A stretch of 64,000 nucleotides of DNA from Candidatus Omnitrophota bacterium (GCA_041662125.1 JBAZTA010000001.1:259118-323117), one strand, 5' to 3'; numbered from the stretch's first letter, positions 10,179 through 19,187 are shown. Notes: generated from the sequence alone by a model not told the origin. Numbers and translations: made by a program.

Positions 10179-10206
10179 ATTATATTACTAAATTTATACT
10201 TGTCAA
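10179..10206 (-). promoter_or_regulatory. Consensus sigma70 promoter (TTGACA, 16 nt spacer, TATAAT)
   Basis: Perfect -35 and -10 hexamers immediately upstream of the Xis-HTH / REC / PilZ-MTase operon. Confidence 0.6.
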
Positions 10207-10356
10207 TATAAATATATTCATTCTTATGCAGAAGTGTGCAAAATGAGCTTATTAGTGCTAAGATATGCAGATTTATGCAATACACCTCGCCTTAATTGAA
10301 AAGGCGAGTGTCTGCTTTCTGCAGTAGAAGGTCGCACCGCGGGTGTAAACAACAAT

Positions 10357-10408
10357 CAAGACCGGGTCTTGGCTGTAATAAAAAAATACCAGTTAAGACC
10401 CGGTCTTG
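10357..10408 (-). terminator. Long terminator hairpin built on the aagaccgggtctt palindrome
   Basis: About 18 bp stem (caagaccgggtcttggctg with cagttaagacccggtcttg) around an A-rich loop, downstream of the PilZ gene at 10473..10820. Confidence 0.5.
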
Positions 10409-10472
10409 AAATATGAACTATCGACTATGGACTACTTCTGTATTGTGATTTGTGTGATGAATGTGCAAAAGA

Positions 10473-10820
10473 CTAATATCGGGAGCGGACTTGGATGGAA
10501 CGCAGTATCAAGGGAATAGGCTTTAGTTCAGGGGCATCAAGAGCAACACCAATGCGATAACGGGCAGGCGCCAGACAATTATTCCAGACGACTTTACCAG
10601 TCGTAATGATCCTTTCTCCATTGTCGGGCATGCACAATTGCACGTCAACCGTCACTCCTGGGGCTAGTTGTTCTTTAGTTTCCAGCCCCATCCCTCTGTT
10701 GCTTATATCAAAGGTATTAACCCAGGCACCTTTTAATGAGCGGATCGTAAGGTACATGAGCGGTATCGCTACCGGAAACCTAGCGTAACTTCTTCTTTCT
10801 TTATTTTCCCATTCGGTCAT
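10473..10820 (-). CDS. Single-domain PilZ protein (c-di-GMP receptor-like)
   Basis: RRSYARFPV followed by DISNRGMG, which are the RxxxR and DxSxxG motifs. Confidence 0.75.
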   Translation of the reverse strand: MTEWENKERRSYARFPVAIPLMYLTIRSLKGAWVNTFDISNRGMGLETKEQLAPGVTVDVQLCMPDNGERIITTGKVVWNNCLAPARYRIGVALDAPELKPIPLILRSIQVRSRY

Positions 10821-10937
10821 AGTATGATTTTAAGTTTATAGATTTCTTAGAAATGGTTCGTCGCTTTAAATATACGCTACACAGCAATGAATTTCAAGGG
10901 TATTTTCAGGGTTTTTGAAAGCGCTTTCAAAATAAGA

Positions 10938-10976
10938 CAAAAAAAGCATAACTATTCTATTTACAATAAGTTATGC
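10938..10976 (-). terminator. Rho-independent terminator downstream of etfA
   Basis: An 8 bp stem (gcataact / agttatgc) followed by a T-run on the minus strand. A perfect 20 bp palindrome, ttttgaaagcgctttcaaaa, sits nearby at 10913..10932. Confidence 0.55.
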
Positions 10977-11002
10977 GTTTGTTCACAACCTTATATAACA
11001 AG

Positions 11003-12205
11003 CTATTTTTTAAGATTTTCTTTAAACTTTTTTGTTAACGCAGGCAGGATTTGAAAAATATCCCCGACAATCCCATAGGTAGCAACCTTGAAGATCGGAG
11101 CGTCAGGGTCTTTATTAATGGCAATAATGATCTTTGATGACTGCATACCGACTAAATGTTGTATCTGTCCGGAAATACCACAGGCAATATATATTTTCGG
11201 GGCAACCGTCCTGCCGGTCTGGCCTACCTGATGAGAATATGGCAGCCACCCGGAATCAACTGCCGCCCGCGATGCCCCAACAGCACCACCCAAAACATGG
11301 GCAAGTTCTTCCAAAAGCTTGAAATTCTCAGGCCCACCCATACCTCTTCCGCCAGATACGATAATATCAGCTTCAGCTATATTCACCAGGCTCTCAACTT
11401 CTTCCACGATATCCAGAAGTTTCGTGCGTGATACGTATAACGACGCCTCAAAATTTTCTTTTATAATCTTACCTTTTCGGTGTTTATCAGGAGCCATCGG
11501 CTGCATGACTTTGTGCCGCACGGTTGCCATCTGCGGGCGGTGATTCGGGCTTATAATGGTAGCCATGATGTTTCCGCCGAATGCCGGACGGGTCTGCAAC
11601 AATATCTTTTTCTGAGGGTCAATATCAAGGCCGGTGCAATCCGCGGTCAAGCCAGCGTCAACAGTAATAGCGACACGTGACACCAACGACCTGCCGATAG
11701 CGGTTGCCCCGCAAAGCACGACCTCAGGCTTATATTTTTCGACCAACTTGACTAAGATATTTGTATACGGTTCATCCTGGAAATTTGCCAATTCAGGGGC
11801 CTGGACCAAGTAAATATTATCCGCGCCATGCCAGATCAATTCATCAAGCTGGTCATCAAGCTCATTGCCGATCAATACGCCGCTTACCTGCGTATTGAGT
11901 TTCGCTGCCAATTCATGCGCTTTTCCCAAAAGCTCATACGCGACGGATTGGATCTTGCCGTTTTTCTGTTCGATAAAAACCCATACACCCTTATAATCTT
12001 TAATGTCAGGCAGCGCGCGCTTGCTTTGCGGCTTCTCTAAAAGTATTGCTTTAAATTTACACGCAGGCACACACGCTCCGCAAAGGGTACATGTATTCAA
12101 ATCTATCGATGCCTTTTTATCCATAATACGGATAGCGTCAAAAGGGCATACTTTCACGCACAAGGTACAACCGGTGCACTTTTCTAAGATAAGCTGTATC
12201 GGCAT
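11003..12205 (-). CDS. etfA: Electron transfer flavoprotein alpha subunit with N-terminal 2x[4Fe-4S] ferredoxin domain
   Basis: Two CxxCxxCxxxCP clusters in the first 60 aa, then an ETF-alpha FAD-binding domain. Confidence 0.85.
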   Translation of the reverse strand: MPIQLILEKCTGCTLCVKVCPFDAIRIMDKKASIDLNTCTLCGACVPACKFKAILLEKPQSKRALPDIKDYKGVWVFIEQKNGKIQSVAYELLGKAHELAAKLNTQVSGVLIGNELDDQLDELIWHGADNIYLVQAPELANFQDEPYTNILVKLVEKYKPEVVLCGATAIGRSLVSRVAITVDAGLTADCTGLDIDPQKKILLQTRPAFGGNIMATIISPNHRPQMATVRHKVMQPMAPDKHRKGKIIKENFEASLYVSRTKLLDIVEEVESLVNIAEADIIVSGGRGMGGPENFKLLEELAHVLGGAVGASRAAVDSGWLPYSHQVGQTGRTVAPKIYIACGISGQIQHLVGMQSSKIIIAINKDPDAPIFKVATYGIVGDIFQILPALTKKFKENLKK

Positions 12206-12206
12206 T

Positions 12207-12989
12207 TTAATTAACCTCGTTTTTTATTAAATCCACTAATTGCGTGGCTACGTCTAACGCCTCACCTTTAAGCATAACTCCGCCTGCCCGCTGAGCAGGT
12301 GTAAATATCTTCAACACTTGTGTCGGAGAACCGCATAACCCGATTTTCTGAGGGTCTAAATTAAGCTCTTTTTGCGTCAACACCGTGATTTTTGCAGACT
12401 TTGCCTTCATCATCCCTTTTAAAGATGGTAGGCGCGGCTCATTGATCTCTTTTACTACGGTCAAGAGTACGGGAAGCGGCGTTTCAATGACTTCATAACC
12501 TTCTTCCATCATGCGTTCAACCTTCATTTTATTTCCGGTAACTTCTTCGATCTTCTTCACGTAGGTAACCTGCGGGATATCTAAATGGGTGGAAATCCCG
12601 GGGCCGACCTGCGCGGTGTCTCCGTCAGAAGCCTGTTTGCCGCACAAAATAATATCGAATACACCTATTTTCTTTATGGCGCCTGCCAAGGTATAACTTG
12701 TCGCCCATGTGTCGCTTCCGGCGAACGCGCGGTCACAAACCAAAACCCCTTCATCTACACCCAACGATATCGCTTCCCGCAGCGCGGCTTCTGCCTGAGG
12801 AGGGCCCATGGTAACCACAGTTATTTTTCCGCCTAATTTTTCTTTCAGGCGCACACTTTCTTCAATCGCGTACATATCAAACGGATTTATGATCGCTTTT
12901 ACCCCTTCACGAATAAGGGTATTGGTTTCCGGATTAATTTTTACTTCAGTTGTTTCAGGGACCTGTTTGATACAAACAATGATATTCAT
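12207..12989 (-). CDS. etfB: Electron transfer flavoprotein beta subunit
   Basis: ETF-beta fold (MNIIVCIKQVPE...) immediately upstream of etfA. Confidence 0.85.
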   Translation of the reverse strand: MNIIVCIKQVPETTEVKINPETNTLIREGVKAIINPFDMYAIEESVRLKEKLGGKITVVTMGPPQAEAALREAISLGVDEGVLVCDRAFAGSDTWATSYTLAGAIKKIGVFDIILCGKQASDGDTAQVGPGISTHLDIPQVTYVKKIEEVTGNKMKVERMMEEGYEVIETPLPVLLTVVKEINEPRLPSLKGMMKAKSAKITVLTQKELNLDPQKIGLCGSPTQVLKIFTPAQRAGGVMLKGEALDVATQLVDLIKNEVN

Positions 12990-12994
12990 ATATC

Positions 12995-13360
12995 TTATAC
13001 CCCCAAATGTGACTGCATATAATCATCAAGCTTCTTAATATAGCCCTCTTGTATTGAAATAAACTCAGTTCCCACATCATAACGCACTCCGCTGGCAGGA
13101 TCCCCGATCACAAATTCCTTGACCCAGACGACTTTCGCAGTCGCGGTAATGGGAAGCTTCTCTCCCGGGAGAAATATCTTTAGATCAATAACATCAGATT
13201 CATTAAGTTTCTCATACCCGACAAAACAAATACCGCTTTTACTGATATTTCTGGTGCGTGTCAGGTTTTCTGAAGAAGCAATATCCTTTTTTGAGTAAGA
13301 AACATCAACCAGGATATTAAGCCGCGAAAACTTTCTGCGTTCTCCCCCGAGATCCATCAT
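12995..13360 (-). CDS. Single-domain PilZ protein embedded in the acd-etfBA operon
   Basis: RRKFSRLNI followed by TRNISKSGICF, between acd and etfB with intergenic gaps under 30 nt. Confidence 0.7.
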   Translation of the reverse strand: MMDLGGERRKFSRLNILVDVSYSKKDIASSENLTRTRNISKSGICFVGYEKLNESDVIDLKIFLPGEKLPITATAKVVWVKEFVIGDPASGVRYDVGTEFISIQEGYIKKLDDYMQSHLGV

Positions 13361-13388
13361 GCCCTGCCTTTACCTAAAGTAATCGTAC

Positions 13389-14540
13389 TTATTGAGCAAG
13401 TTCTTTAATGATCTTCAACGCGATGATATTACGCTGAATCTGGTTTGTCCCTTCATAAATCTGGGTGATCTTGGCGTCACGGACATATTTTTCAATAGGA
13501 TAGTCCTTCATATACCCGTATCCGCCGAATATCTGAAGGGCATCAACCGTCACCTTCATTGCCACATCCGAAGCATACATCTTAGCCATTGCCGATTCCT
13601 TAGAAACGTCTTTTATACCGGCATCAACCATTCTGGCAGCAGCATATACCAGGCCGCGGGCAGCTTCTATTTCAGTTGCCATATCCGCGATCATCCACTG
13701 GATCCCTTGAAAACTAGAGATCGATTTCCCAAACTGATGCCTCTCTTTAGCATACTTTACCGACAATTCTAACGCTCCCTGAGCGATCCCTAATGCCTGC
13801 GCGGCTACACCCGGACGGGACATATCAAACGTACGCATTGTCACAATAAACCCCATTCCTTCTTTTGCCAGAAGGTTTTCTTTCGGGATCTTACAATCGG
13901 TGAAAATAAGCTCACGCGTTGAAGACGCGCGAATACCGAATTTGTCCTCTTTTTTCCCGAAGGTAAAACCAGGAGTGCCTTTTTCCACGATAAACGCTGA
14001 AGCACCGCGCGCGCCTTTAGTCTTGTCAGTCATCGCTATCACAACATAGGTTTCAGCATCACCGCCATTGGTAATAAAATGCTTTAACCCGTTTAAAACA
14101 TAGTGTTTTCCTTCTAATCGTGCGGTTGTCTTGATCGCTGAAGCATCAGAACCTGCTTCCGGCTCAGTAATGCCAAACGCGGCAACTTTCTTTCCGCTGG
14201 CTAAATCCGGCAAATATTTCTTCTTCTGAGCATCATTACCAAAAAGGACTATAGGAAACGTCCCTAACGCTGAGGCAGCATAGCAAACCGCGATACCGCC
14301 GCAAGCACGCGATAATTCTTCGGTAGCGATGCATAAATTAAGTACCCCCACCCCCATCCCGCCGTATTCTTCCGGAATAAATAACCCGAATAAACCGCCC
14401 TCAGCGATAACTTTAATGACCTCCCAGGGATACTCCTCTGTCTGGTCATATTTTGCGGCTACCGGCCTTACTTTTTCATCGGAGATCCTACGCGCCAGGT
14501 CCCTTACCATTTTCTGTTCATCTGCAAATAAATAGTCCAT
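13389..14540 (-). CDS. Acyl-CoA dehydrogenase (short-chain, butyryl-CoA dehydrogenase type)
   Basis: ACAD family sequence with a catalytic Glu near the C-terminus (YEGTNQIQ). The start is trimmed to MDYLF, which has an AAGGAGG SD 7 nt upstream. Confidence 0.85.
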   Translation of the reverse strand: MDYLFADEQKMVRDLARRISDEKVRPVAAKYDQTEEYPWEVIKVIAEGGLFGLFIPEEYGGMGVGVLNLCIATEELSRACGGIAVCYAASALGTFPIVLFGNDAQKKKYLPDLASGKKVAAFGITEPEAGSDASAIKTTARLEGKHYVLNGLKHFITNGGDAETYVVIAMTDKTKGARGASAFIVEKGTPGFTFGKKEDKFGIRASSTRELIFTDCKIPKENLLAKEGMGFIVTMRTFDMSRPGVAAQALGIAQGALELSVKYAKERHQFGKSISSFQGIQWMIADMATEIEAARGLVYAAARMVDAGIKDVSKESAMAKMYASDVAMKVTVDALQIFGGYGYMKDYPIEKYVRDAKITQIYEGTNQIQRNIIALKIIKELAQ

Positions 14541-14554
14541 TTGTGAACCTCCTT

Positions 14555-14810
14555 GAGCACCAAAAAGCTTTATACAGCGAAACCCCGCAGAGTGCACAAA
14601 AGAATTTCGAAGAAATTCCTTGTGCGCTTACGAAGCGGGGTAGTTAACCTTTTACTTGAGCACCTTAAAGCTTTATTTAACGAAACCCAACCGAGTATGC
14701 GCAGAAAATTTCCAAAGGAAATTTTGCGCATGTTTACGAGGTGTGGGTTATTACCACATCTTTTCTATCTAGCGAAACTCCGCCACAGAAAATGGCGCAC
14801 TTGGCATTCA
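14555..14810 (-). promoter_or_regulatory. 5' leader of the acd/etf operon containing three tandem structured modules
   Basis: Two full and one partial tandem copies of an approximately 95 nt unit. Each has a near-perfect inner palindrome (tgcgcagaaaatttcc aaa ggaaattttgcgca) and a covarying outer stem. The first copy overlaps the acd RBS. Confidence 0.5.
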
Positions 14811-14811
14811 T

Positions 14812-14910
14812 TTATGCCAAGGTGCGATCTGCGCGGGTGTGCTGCTTTCTGCTTACACCCCGCGCTAATCGGTATTGCGCGGGTGTGCTGCTTTCTGCAG
14901 CAAATTAACC
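14812..14910. repeat. REP-like hairpin repeat (family A), two modules
   Basis: gcgcgggtgtgctgctttctgc occurs twice, and acaccccgcgc taatcggtatt gcgcgggtgt forms a hairpin. Confidence 0.7.
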
Positions 14911-14911
14911 T

Positions 14912-14943
14912 TAAAATTATACCATATAAACAGAGTTTTACAA
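14912..14943 (-). promoter_or_regulatory. Sigma70 promoter (TTGTAA, 16 nt spacer, TATAAT) for the acd/PilZ/etfBA operon
   Basis: Consensus -10 and a near-consensus -35 about 345 nt upstream of the acd start. The -35 overlaps the GNAT gene stop. Confidence 0.5.
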
Positions 14944-15387
14944 GCTTTTTAGAAGAGCGATTTCCTGGCAGTTAGGAAACTTGCAGCAATTAATACATTC
15001 AGCCCAGACTTTATGCGGTAAATCAACATGTTTCACCCTTTTGAAGCCGAATTGCTTAAAATAATCCGGTTTATAGGTTAACACAAAGACCTTACGGGCG
15101 CTTAATTCTTTCGCTTCATTGATACATGCTGTAACCAATTGGCGGCCAATACCTTTTCCCTGTTTATTTTTAAGCACAGCCAAAGCTTTTATCTCAGCTA
15201 AATCTTCCCAAGAAACATGCAAAGCACAACATCCCAAGATCTTATGCTTTTCTTCAAACACCCAGAAATCACGCAGGTTTTCGTATAATTCATTAAGTGA
15301 ACGCGGCAGCATAATATCCTGTTTCGCGAAAACATTGATCAATCCCTGTATATGTTTTATATCCCCTATTTTTGCTTTTCTCAGCAT
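14938..15387 (-). CDS. GNAT family N-acetyltransferase (ArgA-like, Cys-rich C-terminus)
   Basis: Acetyl-CoA binding motif Q/RxxGxG/A (NKQGKGIGRQLV) and a C-terminal CINCCKFPNC. Confidence 0.65.
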   Translation of the reverse strand: MLRKAKIGDIKHIQGLINVFAKQDIMLPRSLNELYENLRDFWVFEEKHKILGCCALHVSWEDLAEIKALAVLKNKQGKGIGRQLVTACINEAKELSARKVFVLTYKPDYFKQFGFKRVKHVDLPHKVWAECINCCKFPNCQEIALLKSL

Positions 15388-15481
15388 ATCCCCACCTTAC
15401 TTCTGAATGAGCCATGCCTTTGGCGTTTATGGCTCACTAATTTTTGCTGCGCAAAAATTGACCCCGAGCTCTGTCGAGGGG

Positions 15482-16708
15482 CTACTTAATCTCCGTCCCC
15501 TTGGCCACTACCACAATCCCTGAATCAGTCACATGGAACCTTTTTCTGTCTTCTTCTAAATCATAGCCGATAACCATGCCTTCAGGGATCTTCACATCTT
15601 TATCGATAATGGTCCTTTTGATATTAGCGTACCTGCAGATATGAACACCTTCCAAAAGGATCGAATCATAAACCTGAGCATAACTGTTGACCCTGACATT
15701 CGGAGAAACAATCGTACGCTTGATCTGGCCGCCACTGATAATACTTCCGCTTGAAACCAACGAATCAAGCGCCAAGCCCACCCTGCCGGTAATCTCTTCA
15801 CCGGCAAAAACAGTCTTGGCAGGAGGGAATTGTTCCTGATATGTCCGCACCGGCCACTGGCGGTCATAAAGGTTAAAAACAGGATCAACCTGCACTAAAT
15901 CCATATTAGCTTCAAAATAAGCTTCAATAGTCCCGATATCTCGCCAATACTGAGCCTCTTTCTTATTCTCATCAATAAAATTAAAAGCCGTTACTTTTAA
16001 ACCCTTTTTAACCATCCGAGGCAAAATATCCTTGCCAAAATCATGGGAAGAGGAACTTTTTTTAGCATCTTCATGCAGCTGCTCTTCCAGAATCTTACTC
16101 TTAAAAACATATATCCCCATAGAAGCATAAATTTTATCCGGATGCCCGGGAATAGTCTTAGGCTTAAGCGGCTTTTCATGAAAATCTTTAACATTACCTT
16201 TAAGATCCACTTCCAGTACCCCTAAATGAATAGATTTACTCTTTTCCACTTCAACGACGCCTACGGTCAGGTCGGCATCAGATTCCCGGTGGGCGTCAAT
16301 CATAGTTGAATAATTCATTTTATAGACATGGTCTCCGGAAAGGATCACGACATACTCCGGCCTATCGATCTCAAGGCTGTAGAGATTTTGGTATATCGCA
16401 TCCGCCGTGCCTAAATACCACGTATCGCCCACACGCTGCTGAGCCGGTAACAATTCAATATATTCGCCTAATTCAGACGAAAGGATATTCCAACCTAAAC
16501 GGATGTGGCGCTGAAGAGAAGCTGATTTATACTGGGTGAGGACGTAAATCTTGCGTAACCCGGAGTTAACACAATTGCTTAAGGTAAAATCAATGATCCG
16601 GTAAATCCCGCCAAAAGGCACAGCAGGTTTGGTCCGGTCTTTCGTCAAAGGCCATAAACGCTCGCCCTTACCTCCTGCCATGACAAATGTTAATACCTGT
16701 TGTTTCAT
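15482..16708 (-). CDS. glgC: Glucose-1-phosphate adenylyltransferase
   Basis: N-terminal AGGKGERLWPLT...KPAVPFGG nucleotidyl-transferase motif and a C-terminal left-handed beta-helix. Confidence 0.9.
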   Translation of the reverse strand: MKQQVLTFVMAGGKGERLWPLTKDRTKPAVPFGGIYRIIDFTLSNCVNSGLRKIYVLTQYKSASLQRHIRLGWNILSSELGEYIELLPAQQRVGDTWYLGTADAIYQNLYSLEIDRPEYVVILSGDHVYKMNYSTMIDAHRESDADLTVGVVEVEKSKSIHLGVLEVDLKGNVKDFHEKPLKPKTIPGHPDKIYASMGIYVFKSKILEEQLHEDAKKSSSSHDFGKDILPRMVKKGLKVTAFNFIDENKKEAQYWRDIGTIEAYFEANMDLVQVDPVFNLYDRQWPVRTYQEQFPPAKTVFAGEEITGRVGLALDSLVSSGSIISGGQIKRTIVSPNVRVNSYAQVYDSILLEGVHICRYANIKRTIIDKDVKIPEGMVIGYDLEEDRKRFHVTDSGIVVVAKGTEIK

Positions 16709-17304
16709 TTTATGATAAGCTCCGTGACCCCATGCCTGACCATCATTACACCAATAGCAGCAAGTAAAATATACATGATCTTTGAAAAAGCCCTGGTTCC
16801 GGCAGGGCCAAGTAAATGCATAATGAAATCAGCTTTATTCAAGGTACCCCAAACAATAAGCATATTGATGATCAGGGATATTAAAGTCGGAACCAAGCCA
16901 AAACGATCGACCATCATAAGTGTGGTCGTCAATACCGCAGGGCCGGTTATAAGAGGCGTGCCGAGAGGAAAAACTCCAAGATCTTTATCATTACCGCTGG
17001 TGAGAACACTCTTCGATGAACCAGGCAGGAGCAAACGGGTAGAGATTACAAATAAAAGTAAACCGCCGGCGATCTGAAAATCAGGGACCGTTATACCGAT
17101 ATAGCGTAAGACCCATTTACCGACAAACATGAACAAAAGAGCCATGACAGTCGCAGTCTTGACCGAATCGATGATAATCTTACGCTTTTGCTTCTTATTC
17201 GTCCCCTCTACCAAAGAAACAAATAAAGGAATATTGCCAATCGCATCCACCGCCACAAAGATTGGGATGAAAGCAAGTATGTAGGGTTCCAACAGATTAT
17301 ACAT
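16705..17304 (-). CDS. MarC family (UPF0056) integral membrane protein
   Basis: Six predicted TM helices from MYNLLEPYILAFIPIF onward. The ORF extension to 17547 overlaps the IS remnant and is treated as artefact. Confidence 0.7.
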   Translation of the reverse strand: MYNLLEPYILAFIPIFVAVDAIGNIPLFVSLVEGTNKKQKRKIIIDSVKTATVMALLFMFVGKWVLRYIGITVPDFQIAGGLLLFVISTRLLLPGSSKSVLTSGNDKDLGVFPLGTPLITGPAVLTTTLMMVDRFGLVPTLISLIINMLIVWGTLNKADFIMHLLGPAGTRAFSKIMYILLAAIGVMMVRHGVTELIIK

Positions 17305-17365
17305 GATTTTATAGATTACCACAAAACCCTGTACGGGGCAAGGGAAATAGGCTTTAGGTAGTGGG

Positions 17366-18110
17366 TCAGTTTGAACCCATATTTTTTTGCTCCGTCGGAG
17401 CGTCCAAAAGCGCCACAATATCCCCAATTTCCCATAATTTATTAGTAACTTTAGCCGCCATAGCAGGAGTAATTCTAAGACTCTGATGAATACGGCAGAA
17501 GTTATAATACATAAAATGCAACGCCACAGCACAAGCAAGATTATCAACTTTTTTTGAAAAGGCGTTAGTAAGCCTAGTAAATCTTCTCATACCCATACGC
17601 ATTGTCAAATTATTTCTCTCAACAAAGCTAGTAGAAACATGTCTTGATTCGGGCGTTCCATTAATCTTTGTTTTCTCTGCACCAACACACACAGGAGGAC
17701 TATAACGAGTATCCGGCTTTTGATTATCTTTTCCATAAATCTTTATTAACATAGCATAATCAATATCAGCGCCAAAAGCTTCTTCTACGGCGTTTAAATA
17801 TGAATGAAAGCCATCGCTTGTTAACTGTACTCTATTTTTTAATCTACCTGCTAAGTCATTCATAAACAGTTTAGCAGCATTAAAATCTCTTTTTCCAATA
17901 TACCAGGAAGGAACAAGCTTGGTATCGGCACAGATCGCCGTCCAAGTCTAAACATCACCATAGCCAAACTTACCCCTTTTCTTTTTAGGCACGTTTTGGG
18001 CTTTAGCAACGTCCGTCATACGACAAGTAGCCCGGATAGAGTTACCCTCAACGAGTGCAGAGATTACTTGGATTCTTTTTTCTTTGGTTAGCTTATTCAT
18101 CTTTTGCGCT
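17366..18110 (-). mobile_element. IS1-family transposase gene interrupted by an in-frame TAG (probable decaying IS copy)
   Basis: An InsA-like HTH N-terminus (MNKLTKEKRIQVISALVEGNSIRATCRMTDVAK...GYGDV, then stop) continues in the same frame with an InsB-like segment (TWTAICADTKLVPSWYIGKR...VERNNLTMRMGMRRFTRLTNAFSKK...YYNFCRIHQ). Weak imperfect terminal repeats (ggagcg...aaaag) lie near 17395 and 18115. Confidence 0.65.
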
Positions 18111-18164
18111 CCTTTCTGATTACTTATATTATACTTGAGCGCTCAAGCATTGTCAAGAAGTATT

Positions 18165-19187
18165 TTAGGTTTGAGATGTTACCCCTGTCGGTGAAACCAC
18201 AAGGGGTAATTGATGTTGATATTCTTTAGCGAATACTTTTTTAAAATTATCCTCGAAAGATTCTTTACTGTCCGAGACTTGCATTAAAGTAATTACCTTA
18301 GTAATTTGTTTATCAAGATGTGGATTACCTGTATCCACTGTTAAAAACTGAAAGTGACGATAGCGCCTATATCCTTTTTCAGTGACAGGATTACGTTTTC
18401 TCAATTCATCTAAAACTCCTGATGGTAATTGATCATAAATATACTTATTAATAAATTTTCCCACATATTGGGGTTTCTTAACTGTTTCAGCCCTATATTC
18501 CCAACTATGAATTTTATATATTTGTTTAAAAAACTCGTTTGGAAATGTCTTAACCCAAGGACGTAATTCTTCGGCTATATATGCCGCTAAAAGCCTTTGT
18601 AGTTCATTTTTTGCCCGGTCTTCTTGGTACCCAGTTGCTTCATCAACTAGAGCAATTATACCTACCTTAGCCAAACTCCTAACCAATATATCACATGCTA
18701 TTGCGATGTGTTTTTGATTAGGCTTAAGAGCCTTGGCATCTCTAGCTTCTAAGTAAACTTCACAAACCATAGGTAATAATTCTGCTTTAAATCCATAGGC
18801 TCTATTCCCTGTGGGGGTTCTAAAGGGAATAGGCATTGTCGACTGCCGTAAATCGTCTGAAATGAATGGGTTAAGATTATTAGAGGACAAAAAAGGAGGT
18901 AAGCCGTCGACCAGCGCAAAAGAACTTCCGGTGCTACCTCTAGCCTTTCTCGCACGGCCGATAGAAGCCATAAATGTTTCCTGTGTAAGAACCCTTGTTG
19001 TATTATCTAAAACTGCGCAAGCAATTTTTTTATTTCCGATTTGCATTTCCCCCATATGAGTAGCCCTAGGTATGTTAGTTGACCACCTTTTAATAGCGGC
19101 CTCCCTGGCTATTGCTTTTCTTTCTTCATGAGATAACTTAGTTGCCCTCGCCTGACCGCCCCTTGACTGCATTTCATTTTTTTCCAT
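18165..19187 (-). CDS. Phage-associated P63C-like domain protein
   Basis: A core (VGIIALVDEATGYQEDRAKNELQRLLAAYIAEELRPWVKTFPNEFFKQIYKIHSWEY) that I recall matching the P63C family. Basic N-terminal motif GGQARATKLSHEERKAIAREAAIKRW. The region is low-GC. The start is trimmed to MEKNEM, which has an AAGGGAGGG SD. Confidence 0.45.
   Translation of the reverse strand: MEKNEMQSRGGQARATKLSHEERKAIAREAAIKRWSTNIPRATHMGEMQIGNKKIACAVLDNTTRVLTQETFMASIGRARKARGSTGSSFALVDGLPPFLSSNNLNPFISDDLRQSTMPIPFRTPTGNRAYGFKAELLPMVCEVYLEARDAKALKPNQKHIAIACDILVRSLAKVGIIALVDEATGYQEDRAKNELQRLLAAYIAEELRPWVKTFPNEFFKQIYKIHSWEYRAETVKKPQYVGKFINKYIYDQLPSGVLDELRKRNPVTEKGYRRYRHFQFLTVDTGNPHLDKQITKVITLMQVSDSKESFEDNFKKVFAKEYQHQLPLVVSPTGVTSQT

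Noticed and set aside
14553-14975. 140 aa plus-strand ORF across the acd leader
   Set aside because: It lies entirely within the tandem structured-repeat and promoter region. Its sequence is low complexity with no SD, and it is more plausibly non-coding.
16705-17547. 280 aa extent of the marC ORF
   Set aside because: The N-terminal 81 codons overlap the IS1-family transposase remnant and are hydrophobic nonsense. The MarC-family protein begins at the internal MYNLLEPYIL (17304).
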